Below are positions 49,642-62,181 of a stretch of 64,000 nucleotides of DNA, in pieces. The DNA is from Octopus vulgaris (taxonomy: Eukaryota). How positions within the stretch are numbered: position 1 is the stretch's first letter; every line of letters starts with the position of its first letter. Where the stretch lies: NCBI GenBank assembly GCA_951406725.2, contig OX597832.1, positions 2,170,001-2,234,000 on the forward strand, written 5' to 3'. The notes under the pieces are model-generated. The model was not told the origin of the DNA. It did not search any database and was given only the letters and a program-made list of their open reading frames with translations. Both the position numbers and the translations under genes were made by a program.

Positions 49642-50696
49642 GAGAAGAAGAAACACTTCCAAGTTTAAAATTGTCAAAGCTCGCCGTATGACGCAACTTC
49701 ATCTTTGTTAGGACACACAGACACACACACACACACACACGTGTGGGTGTCAAAGGGAGAGGTGCCTATATGAATATAAGAATGGCTCGGAGAAAATATC
49801 CAGGGACGCCCGCTGCATGGATAATTAATAAGAGGAAACAAGCGTCAAACTGGTTCGATGAGAAGTCGAGAACAATCGGCTGGTTCCTGAATGTCATCTT
49901 CAAAGCCTATAGAGCAATTCTTCTTGAAAGATTTTCAGAGGAAAGTTCAATCCACCCTTCATACTCTAAAATCTGAATAGGTGAAAATTAAGTTAATTAT
50001 TGTACTTTGAGCTTTGTTGCAGCATCAAAGAAATCCTGCAGCGCTAGATTCACAGAAAATAATGTCTGTTTATGTGGTGACACAACATTAGCTGATAATG
50101 CATGGTAAAGTATCAGTTACTGTATGTGAATGTGAAAATTTTAAGGGAAACTACAATTTATGCAAACATTTCAGTATAATTCTTTTAGATTGTAATTACG
50201 GAGGTTAAAGTTGCAAACTTTATGGCACGATAAAACATTCCAATGAGAATCACAAAATATTTGAGTCCTATTAACAAAATTTTTCCAGGCAGCATGACTC
50301 CAAAGTAGTTTCCTGCAAAAACAAAAGCCACATGCGCGCTGAATAGTCCCCTACTTTAAAAGTAGTTCTCTCATTAAAGTTAAACTAGAAAGTACGCGCT
50401 GACCAAAAAAGCCAAAAAAACAGCCAGAGTATAATACAAAAAAACTTTGGAATAAGTTACTGTGTTATGGTATAAATATAAAATAGTGTTAACAGTGCAA
50501 TGGAAACAAATTAATGAAGTTGGTCCCGTTTTTTATCAGTATGCAATCAAGTAGACTTTTCAGCGGACCCACATAAATTAATATATATATATCAATTCAT
50601 GTATAATATGCACTCGTGCATAAGGCGCACCACTAATTCTGAGCAAAGACATATCTCCTGTCTCTAAGATAGGCAACAGACTAATGCTGAAATATT

Positions 50697-50767
<71 letters not shown>

Positions 50768-51169
50768 TCAGTGGATAGAAGAATACAGACAGGAGAATAA
50801 AGTTCACAGTTCATCTTCTTCCAGAGGATAAGGAGGTTAGTCCATACTTCGTGAAGGTATAGTCCCTTAGGTATTCTTCTATCCACCCTTAGGTATTCTA
50901 TCCGCTGCTTTACTCTTTATTCTTCCATCTACTATTTTATTCATTATTATAGTCCTTATAGGCTGCGAATTTCCCTGTCTAGAACTTTCAAACATACTCA
51001 CTTTGTCTCTGGTGATGGAATACCCAGTGTACGGACACGCTAGCCTATCACTTGAGATACCTGTCCTTCCTTGGTTTTTGTTTTGTCTTTTTCTTCTAAC
51101 ATATACACCTAAGTGTCAAGGTTTCGGACTGGTTATTACAAGGTCACAGATGAACCTTGATCAGGACGG

Positions 51170-52045
51170 CCAAAAGCCAACGCTATGTACGTCATGATTC
51201 TTGAGGACCGCCGGATTTCAGCTAAAGTCACAGCTGAGACTCTGGGGATTTCCCACGAAATGGTCACATCATCCACAACATTCTGGATATGAGAAAGCCT
51301 TCCTCAAAATGGGTGCCGAAATGCCCGAGCACAGATCCAAAGTGCATCAGTAAGACGACGTCAAAGGTGATTTTGGATCGGTTTGCAGCAGGAGAGGATG
51401 ATTTTATGGCTCGTTTAGTCACCATTGGCTTTAGCATTATGATCCCCAGACAAAGCATCAATCAATGGAGTGGCGCCATAGCGTTCACCGCGTTCCAAGA
51501 AGTTTCGGAGCCAAATGCCAGCTGGAAAGATTCTGACTTCAGTGTTCTGGGACAAAGACGGAGTACCCCTCATAAAATACCTGCCAAGAGTCGCACCATC
51601 AACGCAGAATACTACACGTCACTGCTGGACGAACTGCGTGAAGTTTTGAAGCAGAAATGCCGTGGAAAGCTGAGCTGTGGTGTTCTGTTTTTCAGAACAA
51701 TGCACCAGTACACACACAGCACATGAAACCCTACGGAAAAAACGCAACTTTGGCTTCCAATTGATAAACCACCCACCTTTCTCTCCTGACTTAGCCCCCT
51801 CCGACTATCGCCTCTTTCCACAACTGAAGAAACATCTCAAGGGAACGAATTTCACTCCGATTCAGAAGTGATCGCTGTTACAGAGGCCTTTTTAGAGGCA
51901 CAACCTTCCGAGTTCTTTGTACAGGGCTTAGAAAAACTGAAAAATCACTGCAATGATTGTGTGAATCTAAAGAAAATGTTGCATAAACTCATAACTGATC
52001 CTCCTGTATTTTCTTTTACCCAAAGCCAGGAACTTTTCAGCATAA

Positions 52046-52049
<4 letters not shown>
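51170..52049 (+). mobile_element. Mariner relic, 5'-truncated, with 3' TIR
   Basis: MILEDRRISAK, KWVPKC, TINAEYY, HPPFSPDLAPSDYRLFPQLKKHLKG; end AGCCAGGAACTTTTCAGCATAACTCG. Confidence 0.9.
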
Positions 52050-52141
<92 letters not shown>

Positions 52142-52340
52142 CAACAGGAACAAGAATGGAGAAAATCACCTCTTTAATTGGTGATTACACCATACAATAC
52201 CGACAATCGTTTCTATAGTGCCAACATCTTCAAATAGAGAAAAAAGGTACAAAATACCAATCAGCCAATATATCCAAAACTTAAAGGCATACAATGTTAT
52301 CAAGGTAACCCAAAACAAATTAAATTCAAAATGAACTATA

Positions 52341-52708
52341 TCTCTCTATATATAAACGGCAGTTTGTCTGTGTGTGTTTCTGTGTGTCTGTTTTCTCGTA
52401 CCCTCACCCTGACCACGGCTTTCAACCGATTCTGATGAAACTTGACACACACATAGCCCAATGTCATAATTCAAAACTAACGCAGCGAAAATTTTGAAAA
52501 GTTCCCCCAGTTCTGAAAAAATCGATAAATTCGACATGGGGTCGAGAATCAGAAACACAAACCACAGACTGTCTAGGGGACGCAACTCGACCTTTTTAAC
52601 TAAAAAAATTTACCATCATTTTTTTTCCATTTTTTGGCTATAACTCTCTAAAAATGCTTTATAGTTATTTCCCTTACAAACCCGAGCAACGCCGGGCGAT
52701 ACTGCTAG
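52341..52708 (+). mobile_element. Non-autonomous Helitron
   Basis: A|TC 5' end, subterminal hairpin CCCGAGCAACGCCGGG, 3' CTAG|T, no TSD. Confidence 0.85.
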
Positions 52709-52724
52709 TCTATAATATATACTC

Positions 52725-53127
52725 TTTCTCTTTTACTTGTTTCAGTCATTTGACTGCGGCCATGCTAGAGCACCACCTTTAATCGAGCAACTCGACCCCG
52801 GGACTTATTCTTTTGTAAGCCCAGTGCTTATTCTATCGGTCTCTTTTGCCGAGCCGCTAAGTAACGGGGACACAAACACACCAGCATCGGTTGTCAAGCA
52901 ATGCTAGGGGGACAAATACAGACACACAAACACACACACGCATATATATATATACATATATACGACGGGCTTCTTTCAGTTTCCGTCTACCAAATCCACT
53001 CACAAGGCTTTGGTCGGCCCGAGGCTATAGTAGAAGACACTTGCCCAAGATGCCACGCAGTGGGACTGAACCCGGAACCATGTGGTTAGTAAACAAGCTA
53101 CTTACCACACAGCCACTCCTGCGCCTA
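52725..53127 (-). mobile_element. Full-length abundant tRNA-derived SINE
   Basis: Same family as 18204-18555, including the tail GACTGAAACAAGTAAAAGAG. Confidence 0.92.
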
Positions 53128-54210
53128 TATATATATGAATGCATACAAAAAGATTTTCTGGTACCCACTTAATTTTTGTGTATAAGGCAAACCCCTAATT
53201 TTAAGATTTAAAAATCTAGAAAAATAAACAAGTGTTACCTGGAAAATGTTTGTAATGAATACAGTAATATACAAAATTAGCTATAAACTATGAAATATTT
53301 CTTGTAATTTACTAAAAACAAATTTTGAATTTACTGTCATTTTCCAGCATTTCTACAAAGTTTTTCCAACATTTTTATTTGTGTTAGTCGACAACTCTGT
53401 AATTCTGTATGTCGAACTCACTCAATCGATACAAAGTAAGTTTTAGTACTTTTTGTAAGAAAGTACACTTCGTCAATCCGAAGGTTTACAGCATCTCATC
53501 CAACTCTGAATTGGAGCACTGCGCTTGGTGAAGCAGCTTTGTAAAAATGTTCCAATATCTTGTGATGAAGTTAGGTAAATCCTACACAGGTTTCCGCACA
53601 TGTGCAAATTATGTTGTAAGCCACGTTGGCTTTCAGACATAAAGCAAACGCTATCTGACGAACTATTCTCAGATGTGTTGGACAGCATCTAGGAGAGCAT
53701 GTTTCTTGCATGTTGGTGAGTGGTAGGTTTGGCCTAAGACAATACCTGCTTCTAACAAGACCGCGCCTCTTTACATAGCTTTTAATATTCTCACAAACCC
53801 AGTTTCTCCTTTATTTTTGTTTTCATGTCTCTTCTTCTTGTCTCTTTCCTCTACGCTCTTTCTTTTCTTTCTGTTTCCCTTTCTCCTGCTGTTACCTTTG
53901 CCGTCATTGCCACTTTTATTTGCCGCTCTTTAACCGGTGCACGTCAGGCCTATGTGGTCTGTGTCTCCTACTATTATTGTCCTTGTCATTATCCTTCCTG
54001 GTTGACATTATAGGCAGATATTCTATGAGTTTATGTACTTGCCTACTCTACTTTCTATGGCACACTTATTCTAACCATTACAAAAAGTATTGGCTGTAAC
54101 AGTTGGAGAAACATCATCTCATTTTTCATGGAACTTGTTAGCACGGCCTCGTTGCATCTGTCTTTGCAGTCGAGTTCTTTTCTTGATGCATATTTCAGAT
54201 TTTGTGTATA

Positions 54211-54309
54211 CGTTGTCTGATCAATAAATATCTGGACTGTTACCATAGTAACGAAGCTAAAGCACACAGAGTGAAGCTGCTGGGTAAAGGTTGACCTTCA
54301 ACTCTGCTC
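54211..54309 (+). mobile_element. Mariner 5' end fragment (family of 16569-17414)
   Basis: TA|CGTTGTCTGATCAATAAATATCTGGACTGTTACCATAGTAACGAAGCTAAAGCAC...TTGACCTTCAACTCTGCT. Confidence 0.8.
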
Positions 54310-54608
54310 TGTAAGCCTAGTATTTATTATATCGGTCTCTTTTGCCGAGCCGCTAAGTTACGGGGACGAAGACACACCAGCATCGGTTGTCAAGCGATGT
54401 TGGGAGGACACAGACGCACAAACACACACGCGCGCGCACACATACACATATACACATATACGACGGGCTTCTTTCAGTTTCCGTCTACCAAATCTACTGA
54501 CAAGGCTTTGGTCGACCCGAGGCTATGGTAGAAGACACTTGCCCAAGGTGCCACGCAGTGGGCCTGAACCCGGAACCATGTGGTTGGTGAGCAAGCTACT
54601 CCTGAGCC
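54310..54608 (-). mobile_element. SINE (18204-18555 family), partial
   Basis: High similarity to 52815-53125. Confidence 0.88.
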
Positions 54609-54862
54609 TATATATATATGGAAGGTGAGGGCGTTCTCTTTTTTTCCATTCGTTTTACGTTTGTTTTTCCATACTGCCAAGGGTTAAAAGACTACTATTA
54701 CACAGGCATTGTTTTTACAGCTAGATGCCCTTTCTGTCGCTAGCCCTGAACCTACTTTTCTAGTACAAAACTAATGGAGGGTTTGTTGACAAGAAAATTT
54801 CAATAGACATCATGTATGTGTATGCGTATATGTGTGTGTGTACGTGTGCATAGATAAATGTA

Positions 54863-54917
<55 letters not shown>

Positions 54918-54920
<3 letters not shown>

Positions 54921-55850
54921 GTTGAAATTTACGGAAAAACAAAAGACGAAGACACGTTTATAAACAACAAGCAGGCGTATTAGTTTGACGCTCGGTAAAG
55001 TGAGAATGTATCTTACGTTTCGAGCCTACGCTCTTCAACAGAAAGGAACACAAGGAAATAAACAGAGAGAGAATTTTTTAAAACTTGTGGATTTAGCGAT
55101 CAATCATGGTGACTGGTTGGAAAATGGTAGTTGGACAGGAGAACTAGGAAGAAGGGAGATAATAAAGTACTGGTGATCCCAAAACGCGGGTTTGCGTGCG
55201 TGTGCCTATGTGAGAGTGTATAAGTGTGTGTGTGTGTGGATAGTGGCTAGTGACTTTGATGTGTGCGTCTGTATTGTGTGGGTGTGTGAATGATGGTTGT
55301 GTGGGTGTGCAGATGATAGTGTGTGGGTGTGCAGATAATCTCTAGGAGGTGCTTCGCGCACCGGTCAACCAAGCAGCGTTCCGTTTGACCGATGTACAGA
55401 GAAGGACAGAAAGAGCAGGAGATGCAGTAAATAACGTTGCTAGAAGTGCATGTAAAGGAGTCAGTGATATGATTGGGACGATGATGGGTGCTTGTGAGGA
55501 TGATGGTGTCAGAGAGGTAGCGGCAAGTGGGCGGGAGCAGGGGAACGAGCCAGGTTGAGAGGTAGGATTAGGGAAGAAACTGTGGACTAGGAGGTCACGT
55601 AGGTTGTGGGCTTGTTTGAAGGAGGGAAGGGGTAGGTTGGGGAAGATGTGCAAAGTGGAGGGGTTGTACTTGAATCGCCGGAAGGCTCAGAGAATGGTGC
55701 GTGGGAGGGGTAGGGTGGAGGGGTGGTAGGTGAGTGGTAAACGGGAGACAGGCAACGGTGGTGCGGGTGTGAGGCGAGAGAGCAGAGGCACGGTTCACGA
55801 AACATGGTCTGGCAAGAGTTGTGTGGATTGTGGAGGGGAATGTAAACATG
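54918..55850 (-). mobile_element. Degenerate Neptune-type PLE 3' fragment with hammerhead-like terminus
   Basis: IFPNLPLPSFKQAHNLRDLLVHS..GSFPCSR, a frameshifted GIY-YIG, a short TG-rich tract, and CUGUUGA-A-GAGC(GUAG)GCUC-GAAA-CGUA at 55014-55041. Confidence 0.85.
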
Positions 55851-56047
55851 ATGGCGGATTACTGCTGGACCCTAACGAGAGATTGCAAGCAACTACCAAA
55901 AGCTGAAAGGAAATCATGTATGTATGTATGTGTGTATGTATGCATGCATGTATGTATGTATGTATGTATGTATGTATGTATGTATGTATGTATGTATGTA
56001 TGTATGTATGTATGTATGTATGTATGTATGTATGTATGTATGTATGC

Positions 56048-56547
56048 ATGGTCGGGTCGTCAGCGACTAAACCGGCAACCCCACCAAGCTTGCTTGGTGA
56101 GGAGGGTGTTTATTGGACACCCTGTAGGATGAAAAACAAAACCCGTCAAAGGGCGGAGGAACTCTTGAGAGTCAAAGGCCATCCAATAAATGCCTTAAGG
56201 TTGTATCATGCTCAGGGACATAGAAATAATCGGACTGAATACCCGATCGCGCGGTTAAACCATTGGGAGTGAAGGACTTCTAGCCTTTGATAGGGCATCC
56301 TTCTAGGAGAAGGTAACTCCGGAAACTGGGATAACTCCAACATAAAACCTGCGACTCAGTGGTTACCGATGATGTTGACTTGTTCTTCTTTTCGGATTAT
56401 GGCTGCTGTTGCTTAGTGAGTGGGATTGACTCAGTGCACAGCCTTTCCTCACTTAAAAAAAAATCTTCTTGCACAGGCATTGCACAATAACAACATTGAT
56501 TAAGCTTCGTGCAATGGCCATACTCGATAACGAGGGGGCAGCCACCA
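56048..56547 (+). mobile_element. Non-autonomous RTE-derived element (5' UTR fused to 3' end)
   Basis: RTE 5'-UTR-like motif GGGCATCCTTCTAGGAGAAGGTAACTC. The 3' end CAATGGCC..ACGAGGGGGCAGCCACC resembles the RTE end at 46209-46244. (ATGT)n flanks both sides. Confidence 0.7.
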
Positions 56548-56830
56548 TGTATGTATGTATTATAGCCTATTAGCATTCAGTTTTATATGCTACACTCTAT
56601 TAGAATAGATACTTTCTCCCATAGCAATGCCTTCCTTTTCATTCTGTTTTCTGCCCTCCTTATTTCTTTCTCTTTTCGTTTTTAATGTGTTTTTAGACAT
56701 TTCAGTAGGACCATGCTGTCTTTTTAGCTGTCAGTTGTGATTTGAGGGAGGTTTCACAACTATTTCTAATAGTTTGAGTCACCACTCAGAAGTTAGCATC
56801 AACCTTCCCAGTATATGTTTGTACACAGTG

Positions 56831-56896
<66 letters not shown>

Positions 56897-57499
56897 GTGT
56901 GTGTGTGTGTGTGTAACATTAGTCAAAATTCATGTATATAAGTATTACTATGTATTGTTCATGTGTGCAATTCGAGGGAGATGCACTATACACTATAGCT
57001 ATTTTTGTTGTTTAGCCCAAGATTATCTATAATCAAGCAGACCCTTGATAAAAGATGATCCAGTTGTGACCACCCCGTGTTTATTTGGAAAAATCAATAG
57101 ATCTCCAGTTTCAATATTTATTTCAGTTGTTTGATCATACTCATTGAATTGACCTGCAAATGGCTGAGTATTCCAAGACATATGTGCCTTTAACATAATT
57201 CTTAAGCATAATCAGCATGACAGTGTATACAATCCATCTGATAGGCTTCCTTACAGCTTCCTTCTTTCAAATTTTCCTCACATGATTTGAGTCAAACTGA
57301 AGTTATGGTAAAATAAATACTTGCAAAGATGTCATGCAATGAGATCCAATGCAGGACTCCAGGATTGCAAAGTTAACTTCATAAACATTTACCCATACTG
57401 CATCCATATGGATGCAGGAAATAGTCCCTGGTGATTTGGAAAACAAAATATTTCAAAATATATACACTATTCTGGAATTCTGGTTATACATAATAAAAC

Positions 57500-57692
57500 A
57501 TAGTTTTTGGCTTTGGGTGAAGAAAACACAGGAGGATCAGTTAATTATGATTTTATTCAACATAATCCCTTCTCAGATTCACACAATGCAGCAGTTCTTC
57601 AGTTTTTCTGAGCCCTGTAAAAGAACTTGGAAGGTTGGGCCTCCAACCAAACCTTTCATAACACCCTTAAAGGAACTTTTCAGCCCCCCTTA
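57500..57692 (-). mobile_element. Mariner-derived MITE related to the 51170-52049 element
   Basis: 57505-57645 is the reverse complement of ~51895-52028; TIR-like GGAACTTTTCAGCCCCC at the right end. Confidence 0.75.
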
Positions 57693-59182
57693 TGCACTTG
57701 ATAAAAAGTGTTCCAGCTGTGACCATCCTGCCATAAATAGTAAAAAATACCAAGTCATTGAAGGTATGACAAATTTTTTTATGACAGTGCCTTTCAGGTG
57801 GAACACATAAAGGAATATATATATTTAAAGATATTGCATCATCATCATCTAAATATCCACTTTTATCATTCTAGCATGGATAAGATGAGCAATTTTTGTA
57901 GCCCTTCCTATTGTGAACACTCACTTCTTTTCAAGAAAGGCACTATTTATTCCCTTGGTCTTTTGAACAACAATTTAATTGCAGAACATGCTTTTGCAGC
58001 AGGTTTAAACAGACACCATCCAAACGTTGATATTGTTCACACAACATATAAACATTGTCAAGACAATGGTAAGACACACACACACAAGCTTTCTAAATTT
58101 TCCATTGGTCAATTCCAGTCAGAAAGCAATGATCAGCCTGGGGCTATACTTGATAATACTTGCCCATGGTGCCATGTGTGTGTGTGTCATTCACCAATGT
58201 ATACTAGCAAAAGACATAAACACTAGCAAAAAAAATAAATGAAATAAAATATAAATAGTTATTACAAACTAAGACCCTTGATATAGTTGGTCTGCATCAC
58301 ATTACAGTCATTCTTACTGTCAGAAATGAAGCAAATAGAAAACTTGTTTGTTGGAACCCTGTAACAAATGACATTTTTGTTCACATGTAAGCTGTTGCAC
58401 ACATATGTACACATTCACATACAATCAATCACACATTTAATAACATGCACTTACATATACATATCATTTCAACTTTAGAGTATTCAAACTGACACCTTAT
58501 GTCCTGCCTCACTTCAAAACAAGAAGCAAAATGTAACAACTTCCAATTATTTACTGAATTTCTTTTCTTTAATCAACTATAAAAAAATTAAAATATGATA
58601 AGAAGAAATATTAATATCTATCAAAATTAGAAACATTCAATGTTTTTGCAGACTACAGTAGCAATTTGCCATTTATATATATCTCATCTGCAGTGTATCA
58701 TTAAATTATCTAAAAAAATATTACTCAAGACAGGAAAAGAAAAGTTTGAAATTTGATAAGATAGTGCCAACTATTCTGCTTTGCTTTGACTGAAACTTGA
58801 TAAGTTTTCTGCTTTTAGACTAAATATTTCTGTATAAGAAACAAAATTAAGAATATAGTTAACTACTGAGTCCATTTCTTAAAGCAAAACAAATGCAAAA
58901 TGTCATTGCATTATGTTTTTGCCAATGGTAATCATTAGCAGTTACTAATATGTTCTTTTACTTGACATTACTAATACTATTACAAAATATAAGGTGCTAT
59001 ACAAAAGCTGTGCACTAGAAATTCATGACTTTAAGGAGTTCGGTGTTATTTTCCTTTTATTAAATCTTTAATATATAGAAGAGCCTGAATGCCACTGATT
59101 CTGATTTTCCTCTCCTGTGAATCTGAGGCATTATACCAATGTAAAAATATTTCATTTATATCTGATATATATATACACACAC

Positions 59183-59591
59183 TGTGCTTGAGGAGACCCT
59201 GTGATTGAGGAGACCTATTGAGTCAAGTACATCAACATCAAAAAATCAAATGGAAATTGTAGTTGTGATACCTGTGCCAGTGGCACGTAAAAAGCACCAT
59301 CCGAACGTGGCTGATGCCAGCGCTTCCTTGACTGGCTTCCATGCCGGTGGCATGTAAAAAGCACCAACCGATCATGGCCGCTGCCAGCCTCACCTGGCAC
59401 CTGTGCCAGTGGCATGTAAAAAGCACCCACTACACTCACGGAGTGGTTGGCTTTAGGAAGGGCATCCAGCTGTAGAAACTCTGGCAGATCAGACTGGAGC
59501 CTGGTGCAGCCTCCTGGCTTCCCAGACCCCGATTGAACCGTCCAACCCATGATAGCATGGAAAACGGACGTTAAACGATGATGATGATGAT
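59183..59591 (+). mobile_element. Young retroposon 3' end with (GAT)n tail and three internal TGGCA(C/T)GTAAAAAGCACC repeats
   Basis: The tail GCATGGAAAACGGACGTTAAACGATGATGATG is shared with the minus-strand end at 62182-62225. Confidence 0.8.
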
Positions 59592-60332
59592 ATCGCTAAA
59601 TTATGAATTATTTTGAAAGCATAAATCACTCAACAGTCAACATTTTTGTTATGACAAGGAGAAAGTGCATAATCAATTAACTAAATACCAATATGTTATT
59701 GATCAGTGTTTAACATTAATACTAAAACAGCATTTTCTAAACCTCATAGTTCTTAAAATAAATGTATGTTGAAATGATAATGTCCTAGGTTAATGAAAAG
59801 TGCAAACATTTATTATCAGTTCATACTGAAAATATGTCTTTAGTACAGACTGTATCAACCTAGGATGCATTCAAAATACAATGTTAGCATTAGTGTGGGA
59901 TTAAAGTCCAGAATTAGAAAGTCCTGCTTAAAATATTTCATTCTTATAGCACAATGTTTTAAAACAATGAAGTAGTGCTGGTTTCCATTATTCTCAATAA
60001 AATCTGCAAACCTTTGATTTACACTATGAGTGTAGATGACCAAATAAAGAAGTTGGCAGATTGTATTGTGTCACTAGCACTGTATTGTGAACAGGGTTAA
60101 TCTTATTGTAATGTAAACAGATACCTAGTATAACCCTGACAAGTGTTTCATTACCTTGCAATACTGAGCCCAGCTCTTCATGTGTGTGTATAGCATTGAG
60201 TAAAGTGGATTCCACAGGGCTGACTTAGCTTATATACACCATATAAAATTGGAGAAAATTAGAAATGGTCTTCATTATTTTTCTCACCACATATCTCTTT
60301 CTAGCTATCATTTTTAATGCTGCTGCCATTCA

Positions 60333-60554
60333 CCTTTTGGCATTCAGATTACTTTGTCAAATGTGGTGCTTATTTATTCATATTGTTTTGAATTAATAAT
60401 GCATTATCTTGTACCTATAAAATTTCAAGGATGTGAGCATTTAGTTTTTAGAATGATGTTGTAGGATAGGTGTAAGAGGCTAAGTTTGGCTAGTTTAAAT
60501 GTGAAAAAAGGTAGGATATTTGGGCCGGATATAGCTGATTTAAAGGCTAAAGGG
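60333..60554. mobile_element. piggyBac-type MITE
   Basis: TTCA|CCTTTTGGCATT ... AAGGCTAAAGGG|TTAA. Confidence 0.7.
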
Positions 60555-61050
60555 TTAACCATGTCAATACAAGCTTACCACTTAAAATAATATTAGTTAA
60601 TATACTTCTTTTTTATAATTTTTTTTAAGATTTACCTATTCTCCAGACAGATTACATGTACTATAGCTTGTAAAAACCACATCTTCATTTGTTTTGTCTT
60701 TTTACTAACTGTACATGGGACTTCCTATATGCTGATGCCCTAGTTCTCTTCAATGAATCTGTCCAAGAATTGGAGTATAATTTCCAAATGTGGAAGCAAA
60801 ACCAAGTATTGAAGGATCTTAAAGTAAATCTAGCAAAGACAAAAATAAACAGGACTTTATAGCTGTTTGAGAAGTGGCTGTACTCAATATGTATGCATGA
60901 AAAGTGGACATTAAATGACAATGATGATGATGAATGCTGTACAGAATAGTCAGTGTAAATTACAAGTGCACAAGAAATACAGTGAGATTACAAATGGGCT
61001 AAAATAGAAAGACTTTGTATGTAGCAAATGTGAAGTAATAACTATCAATA

Positions 61051-61205
61051 TAGGCACATGCATGGCTGTACTGTTAAGAAGCTTGCTTTGCAACCATGAG
61101 GTTTTGGGTTCAGTTTCACTGCATGGCATCTTGGGCAAGTGTCTTCTACTAACCAATACCTTGTTAGTTAATTTAGTGCACAGAAACTGTATGGAAGCTC
61201 GTTGT
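61051..61205 (+). mobile_element. CpG-decayed SINE head and core
   Basis: GGTTCAGTTTCACTGCATGGCATCTTGGGCAAGTGTCTTCTACTA; the tail portion is at 61440-61632. Confidence 0.75.
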
Positions 61206-61696
61206 ATATACATATATATATATAATTTTAAAATAGGATAAAATCTTCATAAGGAATTATCAAGTAGTTAGCGTGAAAAACCTCATAAGAGAAAAAAATC
61301 TGTAAATTTTTTCCACTTCGGTACGATATGTTTATTTTGGTAGTTTTGACTTTAAGAGTCCCTCCTAGCGTGCGGCATATATATATATATATATATATTA
61401 TGTGGGTGTAGTGCCTTTGTGTCACTGTCTATCATCTTCATTACTTGACAACTGGTATTGGTTTGTTTATGTTCCTGCAACTTAGCTGGCTGGAAGAAGA
61501 GACTGACAGAATAAGTACCAGCCTTACAAAAGGTAAATAAGTACTGGGGTCAATTTGTTTGACTAAACTCTTCAAGGTGATGCCCCAGCATGGCTGCACT
61601 CTAATGATTAAAACCTGTAAAGGATAAAGATTATATGCTTCTTTCAAATGCTTAGACAGCTCCCTAGAAGTAAATGATAGCATCCATTATCTATAT

Positions 61697-61990
61697 CAGT
61701 GATTCCCAACATGGAGCATACACCCCATGTCTGGGAAAATTGTGGTGAGGCATGGTGCCATAGTCACCAGGCACAAGGTTCTCATTAAAGTGATCCACTT
61801 TTTTTTTCTTAGTCAATAATGTACTTTTTTGTACTCAATAAAAGAGTTACCAGTAGATTCCTTTGTATTAAATAATCATGCAAAAATATTAAAAATAAAG
61901 TTGTTTGTTCTTTTTCCAACCACTGTTGGAGCATACAGTTTTCTGGAAAGATATAGAGGGGCCTGGAGGTAAATAGGCTGGGAAACATTC
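61697..61990. mobile_element. hAT (Charlie-type) MITE, degenerate
   Basis: CAGTGATTCCCAAC ... GCTGGGAAACATTC; TSD ATCTATAT / ATCTAGAT (7 of 8 match). Confidence 0.6.
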
Positions 61991-62181
61991 ATCTAGATGA
62001 TCAATTTAGTAGTGTTGGAGAATGTTTCAAAAAGATACTTTCTACAGCTGGATGCCCTTCCTAATGCCAACAATGTGTATAGTGTGTATGAATAACAGAG
62101 CTCAAATGAAGAAATGAGGGAAAATGAGATATAAGAGGAATCAGATTCAATGAGCTGCAAAGAAGATTGAGTTGTTATGGA

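Noticed and set aside
59270-59430. Three ~20-bp repeats with variable spacers, superficially CRISPR-like
   Set aside because: Eukaryotic context, no cas genes, spacers related to each other, and the array is internal to a retroposon 3' end with a relative at 62340-62400.
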